From a virus (lineage: Duplodnaviria > Caudoviricetes), in the IMG/VR virus record IMGVR_UViG_3300044728_000115, positions 1 to 48,675 of that record: DNA of 48,675 nucleotides, one strand, 5' to 3'. Under the pieces are notes generated by a model that ran no database searches, was not told the origin of the DNA, and was given only the letters and a program-made list of their open reading frames with translations. Shown here in pieces: positions 35,905 through 44,651 of this stretch (position 1 is its first letter; each line of letters begins with the position of its first letter). The position numbers were made by a program, and so were the translations under genes.

Positions 35905-36465
35905 CGTCCTCCACTTTCTTCCCAAGAGATACCCAGCCAGAGGGTGCTCCTGCCCGTGTGGGAAGCCACCGAATGGGGTGGCCGGAATACTCGTCGCCCT
36001 TCAAATGGGCCATGGGGCGTCAAAGTGGACAAGACGCACGGCAAAGCAGCCGCATTACCACCCATGGATGGTCGGCGTCGGTCTGCTACGACAGGCTTCT
36101 GTGGGGCGGGACCTCCGAGCGCACACCACCGGCACTGACGTGGCATTCCTCAGGATCAGTCAGGCTGTATTTGGGACCGGGAACCACCGAGCAGACATCC
36201 CACAGCAACGGGTCTTGGCTGACTGAGCCGACCGTTGCCTTGCTGCATCAGGGGGTTGAGTGTATACGCAGGAGTGTTAGGTTGTGCGTAGACGCCGTGC
36301 CTTGGGCAACAAGGTATCGGATTTCGAGAAGGGCATTCGGCGGCAAACCGGATGCCCTTCGCACGTCAACTCTGCTCCGCGTCGCGCTGGTTTGTCCAGC
36401 GAGTTTTCAGAAAAAGTTTTCAGCGCTACCTGTAGTGCCCGCTGTCCACGCTATCCACAAGCTGT
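35905..36465. other. Long, probably non-coding structured region; candidate replication origin
   Basis: DnaA-box-like CTGTCCACG/CTATCCACA at 36442-36459, AGTTTTCAG repeated twice, hairpin 36328-36360; lies just upstream of primase/helicase. Confidence 0.45.
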
Positions 36466-36468
36466 TGG

Positions 36469-37002
36469 TCAAGCTCTTTGAAAGAGCGGCGTGGTCTTCA
36501 CTGCTTGGTCAGGTCGAAGCCAACTGATTTGATAATCCCAAAGCGCACATGCGTCTGCTTCGTCGCTGTTCGTAACCGGCCATCCCAGTTCTTTACAGCG
36601 CGTGATGGTGAGTGGCTTTGCAACCGCTGACTTCATGTTCCGACCAAGGAAGTGCGCCCTGACCTGTGCGACGCTTGCCTCGCGCAGCTCCACACGTTCG
36701 TAGGCCCATTCCTCCAGATGCTCTGCGAGACCGGTCAGCACTTTGATGGTGTCGATGTTGGTCTTGCCCTGCATGATCATTGGCAGCGCGGGGCTTTCGT
36801 AGACGATCAGATCGACCTTGTGCGCTGACATGAAGAGGTCGAGCCACAGTCTGAAGCTGCGGTACGCTCGCGCGCGCGGCTGACCGTGGTTGAGTAGGCG
36901 GTGATTGCCGAAGGTCGGCACCTTACCCGGTCTGCCCATGGACCAGCCCATCACCGATGCGATGTCGAGCGCGAGGACGTTGCCGTTGAACTCTTTGGTC
37001 AT
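36469..37002 (-). CDS. RuvC-like Holliday junction resolvase
   Basis: VLALDIA...GW, DLIVYE, VRAHFLG, DEADACALW acidic triad; start at 37002 (ATGA). Confidence 0.8.
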   Translation of the reverse strand: MTKEFNGNVLALDIASVMGWSMGRPGKVPTFGNHRLLNHGQPRARAYRSFRLWLDLFMSAHKVDLIVYESPALPMIMQGKTNIDTIKVLTGLAEHLEEWAYERVELREASVAQVRAHFLGRNMKSAVAKPLTITRCKELGWPVTNSDEADACALWDYQISWLRPDQAVKTTPLFQRA

Positions 37003-37829
37003 GCGAGGCTTGCCTTGATGCGAGCGACTTCGCTCTCGTTCTTCAACAGCTCTGCCAGCTCCTCCAGCGGACGGAACGGCGGCGGCACATACCAGCACTG
37101 GTTTTTCTCAAACCAGTGATCCTCTACGGTCTTGTTGCGCATGCCCTCGTAGGCGAACAGCCAGCCACGAATATCGTAGCTGTAGTCGTCATAGACCCAG
37201 ACAACGACATGCGGCAGCTCGCGCTTGTCGTGAGGACGAATGTTGTGGTCGCCCCCATGCTTGCGTGAGCGCACTTCGATGATTTCGCCCACATCCACGC
37301 CAGTGAGGACGCCAACATTCGCGTGCCAAGGCTGCTTGTAGTGCTTCGCCACTCCAGCCTCAGCGATAGCGCCCCTGATGTCGAAGATCAGATCGCTTGG
37401 ACCGCCATCGTTGCCGTAGCGCTCCAAGCGTCTGCTCTTGGCGTAGGCGTTGCGTGCCTCACCGATCTTGATCGCCTTCGCTTCCCACTCTGGCGATAGC
37501 TTCATTGGCCCCGCTTGCTGCCTTTGAGGCTCAGGAGCTTGCCGGTAACGCCCTTGCCCTTGAGCCGCACGATCTTGCTGCCCTTGCCCTTGCTCTCCTC
37601 CGCGCGACGCTCGCGCATAGCTCGTAGCTCTGCTTCCCTTGGTCCCATCTTCTTGTCTGCCATTGTCCAGTCTCCTGTAGTGTTCCTTCAGATACCAGTC
37701 GATGTGCGGCTGGCCGAAGTTCTCTCGCTCCATGGATTGCCAGAACGAACTGCCGCTGATCTGGTCGAGACCGTAGGCCAGCAGCAGCGCGTCCAGCTTC
37801 TTGTATTGCTTCTCCTCTTTCGGCGTCAC
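36999..37829 (-). CDS. ORF with a C-terminal PD-(D/E)XK-like nuclease domain (likely internal start 37505)
   Basis: GAIAEAGVAK...DVGEIIEVRS...IRGW; low-complexity linker overlapped by another gene. Confidence 0.55.
   Translation of the reverse strand: MTPKEEKQYKKLDALLLAYGLDQISGSSFWQSMERENFGQPHIDWYLKEHYRRLDNGRQEDGTKGSRATSYARASRGGEQGQGQQDRAAQGQGRYRQAPEPQRQQAGPMKLSPEWEAKAIKIGEARNAYAKSRRLERYGNDGGPSDLIFDIRGAIAEAGVAKHYKQPWHANVGVLTGVDVGEIIEVRSRKHGGDHNIRPHDKRELPHVVVWVYDDYSYDIRGWLFAYEGMRNKTVEDHWFEKNQCWYVPPPFRPLEELAELLKNESEVARIKASLA
37502..37663 (-). CDS. Small basic Arg/Lys-rich protein overprinted within 36999..37829
   Basis: RBS CAGGAG; MADKKMGPREAELRAMRERRAEESKGKGSKIVRLKGKGVTGKLLSLKGSKRGQ*; stop overlaps ATG 37505 as ATGA. 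Confidence 0.6.
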   Translation of the reverse strand: MADKKMGPREAELRAMRERRAEESKGKGSKIVRLKGKGVTGKLLSLKGSKRGQ

Positions 37830-38242
37830 TCCGCAGCAACCGCCGTTGGTTCGACCAGCTCCAGCTGAGGCTTGCCCTTCTTGGGCGGCTTCTCTGCCTT
37901 GGGCAGATCACCGAACAGCGTGAGCTGCTGCTTGTCCTTCTGCGCCTTGGCGAGCTGCTGCAGCTGCTTCCGCTCGTCGGCTTCAAGGTCAGCCATCCAG
38001 CCCTTGATCTTGGCCAGCGCCCTGATGATCTTGATTTCCGTCTTCATCACCTTCTGCGCGACGCCGCGCTGCGCCATACTCTCGTAGACGCCGGTCATGC
38101 CCTCACGTTCGCGACGCGCCTTGAGCATGAACTTGCCGCGCTCGCTCTCAATCGTCTCGTAGTGGTCGAGGATTTCCTTGACCGACTTGTTCACCACGCT
38201 GTCGGGCAGCTCGCGCTCGACCTGCTTTGCCTGCTTCGCCAT
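37826..38242 (-). CDS. Helical protein, possibly GapR/DUF2312-like
   Basis: ETIESERGKF....REGMTGVYESMAQRGVAQKVMKTEIK pattern; family call weak. Confidence 0.5.
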   Translation of the reverse strand: MAKQAKQVERELPDSVVNKSVKEILDHYETIESERGKFMLKARREREGMTGVYESMAQRGVAQKVMKTEIKIIRALAKIKGWMADLEADERKQLQQLAKAQKDKQQLTLFGDLPKAEKPPKKGKPQLELVEPTAVAAE

Positions 38243-38243
38243 T

Positions 38244-38663
38244 TCAGTCCGCCTTCCTGTTGTTGTAGATGCTGTCGTGATATTCGCAGTACGGCCTGCC
38301 GTAGTACCGCAGACGCCCGCAGCACATGTGGAGACCGTCACGGCCTCTCTTGTCGAGGATGGCCTTGCAGCCATCCGGTCCGTTCTTCAGATAGTCCACG
38401 CCCTCATCGTGCTTGACTGGTTTCACCTCCCTGATTGGCTTGGGAGGACGCGAGGTCACGCTCCTGACCCTTGGCTTTGCCGGTGGAGGCACGTGAGGCT
38501 CGAAAACCACCCCCTGCTTCTCCAGTCGATGCTTGCGCCCCACGCAAGCGTTGCGATTGACCACATACCCCTGCTCCCCCATCCCGTCAGCGATCCCCGA
38601 CAATGTTAGACCCTTTCCCCATAAAGTAATCAGCAGCTGGTCTGCTTCCCCCGTCCAATTCAC
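38244..38663 (-). CDS. gcrA: GcrA-like cell-cycle regulator
   Basis: WT.EA..LL..LW.KG.T.S.IA...NRNACVGRKHRL N-domain; C-terminal CKAI...CCG....PYCEYH; GTG start. Confidence 0.8.
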   Translation of the reverse strand: MNWTGEADQLLITLWGKGLTLSGIADGMGEQGYVVNRNACVGRKHRLEKQGVVFEPHVPPPAKPRVRSVTSRPPKPIREVKPVKHDEGVDYLKNGPDGCKAILDKRGRDGLHMCCGRLRYYGRPYCEYHDSIYNNRKAD

Positions 38664-38875
38664 GTGCGCTCCCGCTTGAAGATGTCTGGCCTGATCTTTT
38701 CCGGCGAAAGCCCGATGATCTTGCTGACCTTGTGGACCCACTTGGGCGGAACCCGCTTCCACTGGTAGACCGCCGCCTTGTCGATCCCACAAGCGTTAGC
38801 GATTTCGACCGACTGACCTCTGGTCTCGCGGATCGCCCGCATGACCCGGTCCATCTCTGCTGGTGTTGTCATCAA
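38660..38875 (-). CDS. Cro/YdaS-like HTH regulator
   Basis: IANACGIDKAAVYQWKRVPP..V..VSKIIGLSPEKIRPDIF. Confidence 0.85.
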   Translation of the reverse strand: MMTTPAEMDRVMRAIRETRGQSVEIANACGIDKAAVYQWKRVPPKWVHKVSKIIGLSPEKIRPDIFKRERT

Positions 38876-38894
38876 TCCCTCGTATGTCGCTGAC

Positions 38895-38970
38895 CTCGAT
38901 TATCTACATGTGGTCGTGTGGAAAGGCAAGAAAGTCTTTGCTTTGGGAGCAAATCACCTATACAACTCCA
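38895..38970. promoter_or_regulatory. Back-to-back divergent sigma70-like promoters
   Basis: Minus strand TTGCCT-N17-TAGATA toward cro; plus strand TTGCTT...CTATAC toward DUF932. Confidence 0.55.
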
Positions 38971-39016
38971 GACGGCGGCAATCAGCCGTCACCATCCCCT
39001 TATGAGGAGCAAGCTC

Positions 39017-40096
39017 ATGAAGTCTGGACTTACCCTGCAGCAGCTCGCCGCTGAAATTGAGCGTCGTGCTGGTGCCAAGCGGGACATCGTCGTCTCGACC
39101 AAGAACCTTGAAATGACTGAACAACTCGACCTTGTCGTGGCTGACAAGGAGAAGTTCGGCGTCAACCGAATTGCCCATGGCCAGATCGCCAGCCACCTCG
39201 ACATTCCCAAGAAATACTACGACAAGATGCTGGCTGACGATCCCCGGCTGCTGGCGAACAACGTCAATGCGTGGTTCCGCAAATACCCGACCGACCGCAT
39301 GGTGCGTGGTCTGGACGGCACTGCCCGCGCCTTCCTCTCCAGCGCCTATGAGCGGTACGACAACGAGGACCTTGCTGAGGCTGTGCTGCCTCCGATCTTG
39401 GACCTTGGTCTGGATGTCATGTCCAGCCAGATCACCGACACCCGCCTCTATCTCAAGTGCGTGGACCCCAAGGTCACCCGCGCCCTGACGGCGATTGGCG
39501 GCAAGTTCGGGGACGGCAAGCACAACATCGCGCGCATGTTGGCTCCTGCTTTGACCATCTCCAACTCTGAAGTTGGTGAAGGTGCGCTTTCGATCCTTGG
39601 CGGCGTCTACGATGGCTTCTGCTCCAACCTCGCGACCTTTGGCGAGCGGTCAACGCGCAAGTATCACGTTGGCAAGCGCCATGCGATTGCGAGCGATGAC
39701 ACCTATGCCCTGCTCTCCGACGACACCCGCCGCCTCACGCATCAGGCGATGTGGGCGCAAATCGGAGACGTGGTGCGTGGCGCATTCAACGAGGCTCACT
39801 TCAACTCGCTGTGCGACAAGATCGCGGAGACCCAGAACGACAAGATCGAGGGTGACCCCGTGCAGGTGGTGAAGCTGGCCGCATCGCGGTTCAGTCTCTC
39901 TGAGAGCACCGGCACCAGCATCCTGAAGCACCTGATCGAGGGTGGCGACCTGTCGCGCTTTGGTTTGTATAACGCCGTCACCCGCGCGTCGCAGGACGTC
40001 GAGGACTACGACAACGCTACTGGCATGGAGCGCATGGGCGCGCAGATCATTGAGCTGCCCAAGAGCGAGTGGAAGACCCTCGCGCTCGCTGCCTGA
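39017..40096 (+). CDS. DUF932-like protein
   Basis: AHGQIA..L.IPKKYYD, RAFLSSAYERYDN, ISNSEVG.GAL, CSN, LYNAVTRASQD; RBS GAGGAG. Confidence 0.8.
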   Translation: MKSGLTLQQLAAEIERRAGAKRDIVVSTKNLEMTEQLDLVVADKEKFGVNRIAHGQIASHLDIPKKYYDKMLADDPRLLANNVNAWFRKYPTDRMVRGLDGTARAFLSSAYERYDNEDLAEAVLPPILDLGLDVMSSQITDTRLYLKCVDPKVTRALTAIGGKFGDGKHNIARMLAPALTISNSEVGEGALSILGGVYDGFCSNLATFGERSTRKYHVGKRHAIASDDTYALLSDDTRRLTHQAMWAQIGDVVRGAFNEAHFNSLCDKIAETQNDKIEGDPVQVVKLAASRFSLSESTGTSILKHLIEGGDLSRFGLYNAVTRASQDVEDYDNATGMERMGAQIIELPKSEWKTLALAA

Positions 40097-40100
40097 GTAG

Positions 40101-40248
40101 TTGTGCGGCAGGAACAGGCGGGTCGCCTACTGCCGTGCATGAGGGGTGTGGGACCGGTACTGCTTGCCTGCACCCCAATAATTCTCAGCCGCGCGTTGTG
40201 CATTTCGCGCGACTGAGCGGCGGCGGGGCATGTCCGTGCTCCGTCGCC
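40101..40248 (+). ncRNA. Four tandem hairpins; candidate structured RNA element
   Basis: Stems at 40102-40139, 40143-40176, 40184-40217 and 40219-40248; mismatches are mostly G-U on the plus strand. Confidence 0.4.
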
Positions 40249-40261
40249 ACCATTTCCCAAC

Positions 40262-41215
40262 ATGGAGGCGGCAGTGAAGGTCACGAAGTGGAACGGCAAA
40301 CCCATCACGCGCGCTGGCTGGTACAGCGGCATCCCGATTGAACTCTATCATTCAGCTGGCATCTGCGATGGACCGGCTGTCTCGTCATCGAACCTGCGAA
40401 CGTGCTGGAGCAAGTCGCCAGCGCACATGTACGCTGAGTGGTGCGAGAACCCCGACTACGAGCCGCGCAAGTCCACCAATGCGATGAAGCTGGGCGCGGT
40501 CGCGCATCACCTGCTGCTGGGTGAGAAGGATTTCAAGACCAAGTACATCAGCCAGCCGCTTGTCTACCGCGACAAGGTCACCGCTGAGGAGAAGAAGTGG
40601 AATAACAACGCGGGCGTCTGCAAGGCATGGAATGAGAAGCACCAGAAGCTGGGCTTCACCGTCTGCACTGAGGATGACCTCGACGCCATCGTGGCCATGG
40701 CCAAGTCGCTGTCGCTGGAGCCGCTGATCAATGACGGTCTGTTGAAGGGCGAGGTCGAGTGCTCTGGCTTCGTCAAGGACAAGGAAACCGGTCTCTGGAT
40801 CAAGGTCCGCCCTGACGTGATCCCCAACATGACCGGTGACTTCGTGGACCTGAAGACGGCGAGCGACGTCACCACGCGCGCGCTGCAATCGTCCATGTAC
40901 TCGCTTGGCTACCATCAGCAGGGAGCGCTGATCGCTGAAGCCGTCGAGCAGCTTGGTTCAGACCACCCGTTCGCAGGCTTCGTGCTCATGTTCGTGGAGA
41001 CCGTCAAGCCGTTCTGCGCGAGGACCGTGCCGCTGACCGATCAGGACCTGACCGACGGGCGCAAGCAGAACCGCGTGATGCTTCGCCAGATCGCCACGTG
41101 CTTGCTTGAGAAGCACTGGCCGGGACCGGGAGAGGGCGACCTGACACCGATGCCGCTGGGCACTGCTGCACGTGCCTACATCGCAGAGCGGCTGAAATTC
41201 GAGGGGATGTCATGA
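40262..41215 (+). CDS. RecE/exonuclease VIII-like PD-(D/E)XK nuclease (DUF3799)
   Basis: YH...VSSSNL...SPAH, G...HHLLL, E.S...D.ETG...KVRPD...VDLKT, YHQQGA. Confidence 0.88.
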   Translation: MEAAVKVTKWNGKPITRAGWYSGIPIELYHSAGICDGPAVSSSNLRTCWSKSPAHMYAEWCENPDYEPRKSTNAMKLGAVAHHLLLGEKDFKTKYISQPLVYRDKVTAEEKKWNNNAGVCKAWNEKHQKLGFTVCTEDDLDAIVAMAKSLSLEPLINDGLLKGEVECSGFVKDKETGLWIKVRPDVIPNMTGDFVDLKTASDVTTRALQSSMYSLGYHQQGALIAEAVEQLGSDHPFAGFVLMFVETVKPFCARTVPLTDQDLTDGRKQNRVMLRQIATCLLEKHWPGPGEGDLTPMPLGTAARAYIAERLKFEGMS

Positions 41216-41433
41216 CCATCAGCCTGCCGACTGACATGAGGCGACTACTCGATGACAGCGGAGTGGACTGGCGAATAGACACCGGGACGCGGCACTACAA
41301 GCTGATCGTGAACGACGAGTTTGTCACCATCCTCCCCAAGTCCAACAAGGTCCGAAATTCAACGTGGCGCGCGCACCTGAATGCGATGTCCCACATCAAG
41401 CGCGCCATCCGAAAGCGACGAGGACAACGATGA
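41212..41433 (+). CDS. Small protein, HicA-like fold possible
   Basis: W.IDTGTRHYKL.V...VTILPK; ATGA coupling. Confidence 0.5.
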   Translation: MTISLPTDMRRLLDDSGVDWRIDTGTRHYKLIVNDEFVTILPKSNKVRNSTWRAHLNAMSHIKRAIRKRRGQR

Positions 41434-41924
41434 CCGACAAACTCCCCGCACACTGGAAGCCGCTGGTGCAGCTGCAGCCAGACCAGATGTACCGCCGCCC
41501 TGAGGTCGTGAAAGAGACCGCAGATCACTACGGCATCAGCCTGAAGGAAGCCGAAGCGATGCTCGACGTGGAGACGGCGAAGTGCCTGTACTTCGTCAAC
41601 AACCTCTACCAGATCGAGGTGAGCCGCATGGAGGTGGACTGGTTCGGTGAGAAGAAGGACATGGCGCAGCTCTGCGTGAGGCGGCGCGATGGCGGCATGA
41701 TTTGGGACTGGCGGCACTTCCAGCAGATCAAGAACGAGCTGTGCGGTCCCGAGTACGAGGGGCTGCAGCTGTTCCCTGCGGAGGACCGCAAGGTGGACAC
41801 GTCGAACAAGTGGCACATCTGGGTGCTGATGGACGGCACTCGTCTCCCATTCGGCTGGATGAAGCGTGACGTGCAGGACCGCCTCTACAAGGGCGTCCCC
41901 GGTTTGAACCAGAGGGCGCTATGA
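41430..41924 (+). CDS. Conserved phage protein
   Basis: WDWRHFQQIKNELCGPEYEG.QLFPAE.R.VD..N..HIW motif; start at ATG 41430. Confidence 0.7.
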   Translation: MTDKLPAHWKPLVQLQPDQMYRRPEVVKETADHYGISLKEAEAMLDVETAKCLYFVNNLYQIEVSRMEVDWFGEKKDMAQLCVRRRDGGMIWDWRHFQQIKNELCGPEYEGLQLFPAEDRKVDTSNKWHIWVLMDGTRLPFGWMKRDVQDRLYKGVPGLNQRAL

Positions 41925-42178
41925 GCGAAGAGAATTTCAACGAGCTGACTGACGAGCAATTCAAGATCGCGCAGCAGTTCATCGTCATGACTGATCATCT
42001 GCATCCTGTGCGACGACAGCAGATCTTGGAGATGCTGCTTGTGCGCCACGCTGGCGGTGTCGGGGAGAGCATCGCTGACGCCTTCGTGGTGCTCGACGCC
42101 GTCAACAAGCACTGCAAGCAGTTCATGACCAACAAGGACATGCTGGTGGACGGCAACATGCGGAGGCTACGGATATGA
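41921..42178 (+). CDS. Hypothetical protein
   Basis: ATGA-coupled on both sides. Confidence 0.6.
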   Translation: MSEENFNELTDEQFKIAQQFIVMTDHLHPVRRQQILEMLLVRHAGGVGESIADAFVVLDAVNKHCKQFMTNKDMLVDGNMRRLRI

Positions 42179-43242
42179 AGAACGGACCGACGCTCGTAGA
42201 CACGCTGTACCGCATCAGCCACCGCAACGAGCTTGTGCATGGCTGGACCAGCAACGCGCTGTGGCGTGATGCGCTGCGCCGGTCGAAGAAGTTCGTGCTG
42301 GACAAGCCGATGTCCACCTTCCTTGGTGAGCTTGGGACGCAGGCTTTCGTCGGCAGTCAGGCGAGAGGGCAGAAGGTCCGCGACCGCATGTGCGAGAACA
42401 TTCGCGTTGGCGCGCGCCTGCCCGGTGAGGTGACGTGGATCGAATACGATCTGCGCGCCTGCCAGACCCGCAGCAACGAGCTGCTGGGGCGCGAGCTTGA
42501 CCCGCTGCAGATGCCAGAGCGTGAGGGGTGGCTGCTGATGCGCCACCCGCAGATCGAGACTGCCTTCATGGCGCACATCGTCTCGCACGATCCCAGTCAC
42601 GACCATGGGGACGGCTTTGACACGTGGACATTCCCGGTCGCGCTGGCGTGGACCGCCGACACCGACACCGTGATCCCGTGGAAGCCGCTGCCGTGGAGCG
42701 AGGACAGCGCGCGCATGAGTGAGGTGGCCACCGGCATCATGGGCTACAAGACTGACCGCTGCGGCTTCGTCTTTTCGCCGCTGCTTGACACGCCGAACAA
42801 GAGCAGGGCGATCAGCGAGCTGCTGTCTGAGTGGTCTGGCGTCCAGCGCCGCATGTGGTCGCTGCTCTCGACCATCAACGACCTGCCGGTTGAGATGACT
42901 GAGGTGCGCGCGCAGAAGGGCTTCGTGGCCAAGGGTGCCTACCGCAAATTCCTCGACCACAAGACCGTCACGCTGACAGTGCCCGTGAAGCTCTATCGCA
43001 AGGTGATCCGCACCGCGCTTGCCTTGGTGCATCGTCGCGGAGGACCGGTCCGCGAGCACTGGCGCAAGGACTGGCGGCGTCCGCTCTCGATCCTGTGCGA
43101 GCACGAATGGAGCGCTGACGAGAAGCATAAGTTCTGCACGTTGTGCAAGGGCAGAAGCATCTGGATCAACGAGCATGTGCGCGGTGACACCTCAATCGGG
43201 TTCGTGACGCACGACTACAACGTCACGCATGAGGTGGACTGA
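42175..43242 (+). CDS. Conserved phage hypothetical protein
   Basis: 355 aa coupled ORF; C-terminal VREHWRK.WR...C.H...C..C...WI.EH.RGD..IG.V.HDY. Confidence 0.75.
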   Translation: MKNGPTLVDTLYRISHRNELVHGWTSNALWRDALRRSKKFVLDKPMSTFLGELGTQAFVGSQARGQKVRDRMCENIRVGARLPGEVTWIEYDLRACQTRSNELLGRELDPLQMPEREGWLLMRHPQIETAFMAHIVSHDPSHDHGDGFDTWTFPVALAWTADTDTVIPWKPLPWSEDSARMSEVATGIMGYKTDRCGFVFSPLLDTPNKSRAISELLSEWSGVQRRMWSLLSTINDLPVEMTEVRAQKGFVAKGAYRKFLDHKTVTLTVPVKLYRKVIRTALALVHRRGGPVREHWRKDWRRPLSILCEHEWSADEKHKFCTLCKGRSIWINEHVRGDTSIGFVTHDYNVTHEVD

Positions 43243-43628
43243 TGAAGAACCGCAACGCTGCGAAGGTCCCGACCACGTCCGACCGCTACATTGGTGAGCG
43301 CATCAAGGAAGCGCGCATCGCTTCCAAGATGGACCAGAAGGACCTCGCTGAGCTGATTGGCGTGTCGTATCAACAGCTGCAGAAGTACGAGAGCGGCAAG
43401 AACCGCATCAATGGCGCGCGCATCGAGCTGCTGGTGACAGCGCTCAATCGACCGCTGACCTACTTCTTTCCGAATGCCACTGACGTTCGCATGCGGATCG
43501 ACCCGCTGCTCAACGCGATGATGGCTACCAAGGATGGGCAACAGCTTGTCCATGCTTTCTCCCGCATCGCCTCTCCCAAGAGGCGGCGCATCGTTCTTGA
43601 AACCGCAATGGAATTTATGGAGGAGTGA
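43242..43628 (+). CDS. XRE-family HTH transcriptional regulator
   Basis: D.YIGERIKEAR....QKDLAELIGVSYQQLQKYESGKNRI, the alphaproteobacterial QQ.QKYE.G.NR signature. Confidence 0.9.
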   Translation: MKNRNAAKVPTTSDRYIGERIKEARIASKMDQKDLAELIGVSYQQLQKYESGKNRINGARIELLVTALNRPLTYFFPNATDVRMRIDPLLNAMMATKDGQQLVHAFSRIASPKRRRIVLETAMEFMEE

Positions 43629-43630
43629 CT

Positions 43631-44620
43631 ATGGACCCCGCACAAATCGAACAGCGCACCGAACTGGTGAAGGCGCGCAGCATTGAAATCGGCACCACAC
43701 TTGGTGGCATCGTCATCCAGTCGGTCTCCGACCTTGAGCAGATCAGTCTGCGGCTGGCGCGCGGCATGGTTGCTGTTCCGGCGCACTGCCGCGACCAACC
43801 CGGTGTCTGCTACGCGCTGTGCATGCAGTCGCTTGAGTGGGGGATGCCGATCATGTCGGTGATCAACCAGTCCTACGTCCCCCGTGGCGGTGACCGCATC
43901 GGCTATCAGAGCCAGCTGCTCCATGCCGTGATCGAGAAGAACGCGCCACTCAAGAACCGGCTGCGCTACGAGATTGTCGGTGAGGGTGACGAGCGTCGCT
44001 GCAAGGTGTCGGGCACCTTCAAGGGTGAAGAGAAGCCGCACGAATATCTCAGCGAGCCGCTGAAGAAGATGCACCCCGGTCACGTGACCAAGGACAACGT
44101 GAAGTACGTCAAGGGATCGCCGCTGTGGGACAGCAATCCCGAAGTGCAGATGTTCTATTCGGCATCGCGGCAGTGGGCGCGGCTGTTTGCGCCAGACGTC
44201 CTGCTTGGAGCCTACACTCCAGAGGAGATGCAACCGGCTGACCCTGTTGACGTGACCCCGAAGGTCGCGCCGCTGGTGCAGAGACTTCGTGACGCCCAGA
44301 AGGCGCACGGAGACCGTGGCTTTGACCTTGATCACGTGAAGCGTGAGACCGGGCGGCACACGGTCATTGAAGGTGACGCCAATCCCGGCGTTGTCCATGA
44401 GGAGGCGAAGGATGTCGGAAGTGAACGTGAGCCTGACCATGAAGGACGGTCAGACGGCAGTGAAGATCGAGCCGATGGCGATCAGCACCCGCAAGGAGCT
44501 GTTGAGCCTGTCGGTGACGCTGCGCCAGTGGGCGCGGTTGCTACCGGAGAAGTCGAAGCCGGTGGCGAAGCAGAAGGCAAAGCGGGTTCGCCCAAGCCGC
44601 GCCAAGGCAAACGCCGGTAA
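43631..44620 (+). CDS. RecT-family single-strand annealing protein
   Basis: AVPAHCR..PG.C.A..MQ..EWGM, IGYQSQL.HAV, SPLW...P..Q.FY...R.WARLFAPDVLLGAYTPEE. Confidence 0.85.
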   Translation: MDPAQIEQRTELVKARSIEIGTTLGGIVIQSVSDLEQISLRLARGMVAVPAHCRDQPGVCYALCMQSLEWGMPIMSVINQSYVPRGGDRIGYQSQLLHAVIEKNAPLKNRLRYEIVGEGDERRCKVSGTFKGEEKPHEYLSEPLKKMHPGHVTKDNVKYVKGSPLWDSNPEVQMFYSASRQWARLFAPDVLLGAYTPEEMQPADPVDVTPKVAPLVQRLRDAQKAHGDRGFDLDHVKRETGRHTVIEGDANPGVVHEEAKDVGSEREPDHEGRSDGSEDRADGDQHPQGAVEPVGDAAPVGAVATGEVEAGGEAEGKAGSPKPRQGKRR

Positions 44621-44651
44621 TGCTGCGGCAGAGACGGCCACGGCTGCTTGA
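44412..44651 (+). CDS. Small protein overlapping the RecT C-terminus in another frame
   Basis: GAGGAGG RBS before ATG 44412; MSEVNVSLTMKDGQTAVKIEPMAISTRKELLSLSVTLRQWARLLP... Confidence 0.5.
   Translation: MSEVNVSLTMKDGQTAVKIEPMAISTRKELLSLSVTLRQWARLLPEKSKPVAKQKAKRVRPSRAKANAGNAAAETATAA

Noticed and set aside
40097-40260. tRNA gene
   Set aside because: No cloverleaf or T-loop GTTC motif; the hairpins are serial, not nested.
41995-43176. Long antisense or alternate-frame ORFs (also 22363..23706, 14636..15700, 19812..20663, 43460..44440)
   Set aside because: Shadow ORFs expected in high-GC coding DNA; no motifs, and they overlap well-supported genes.
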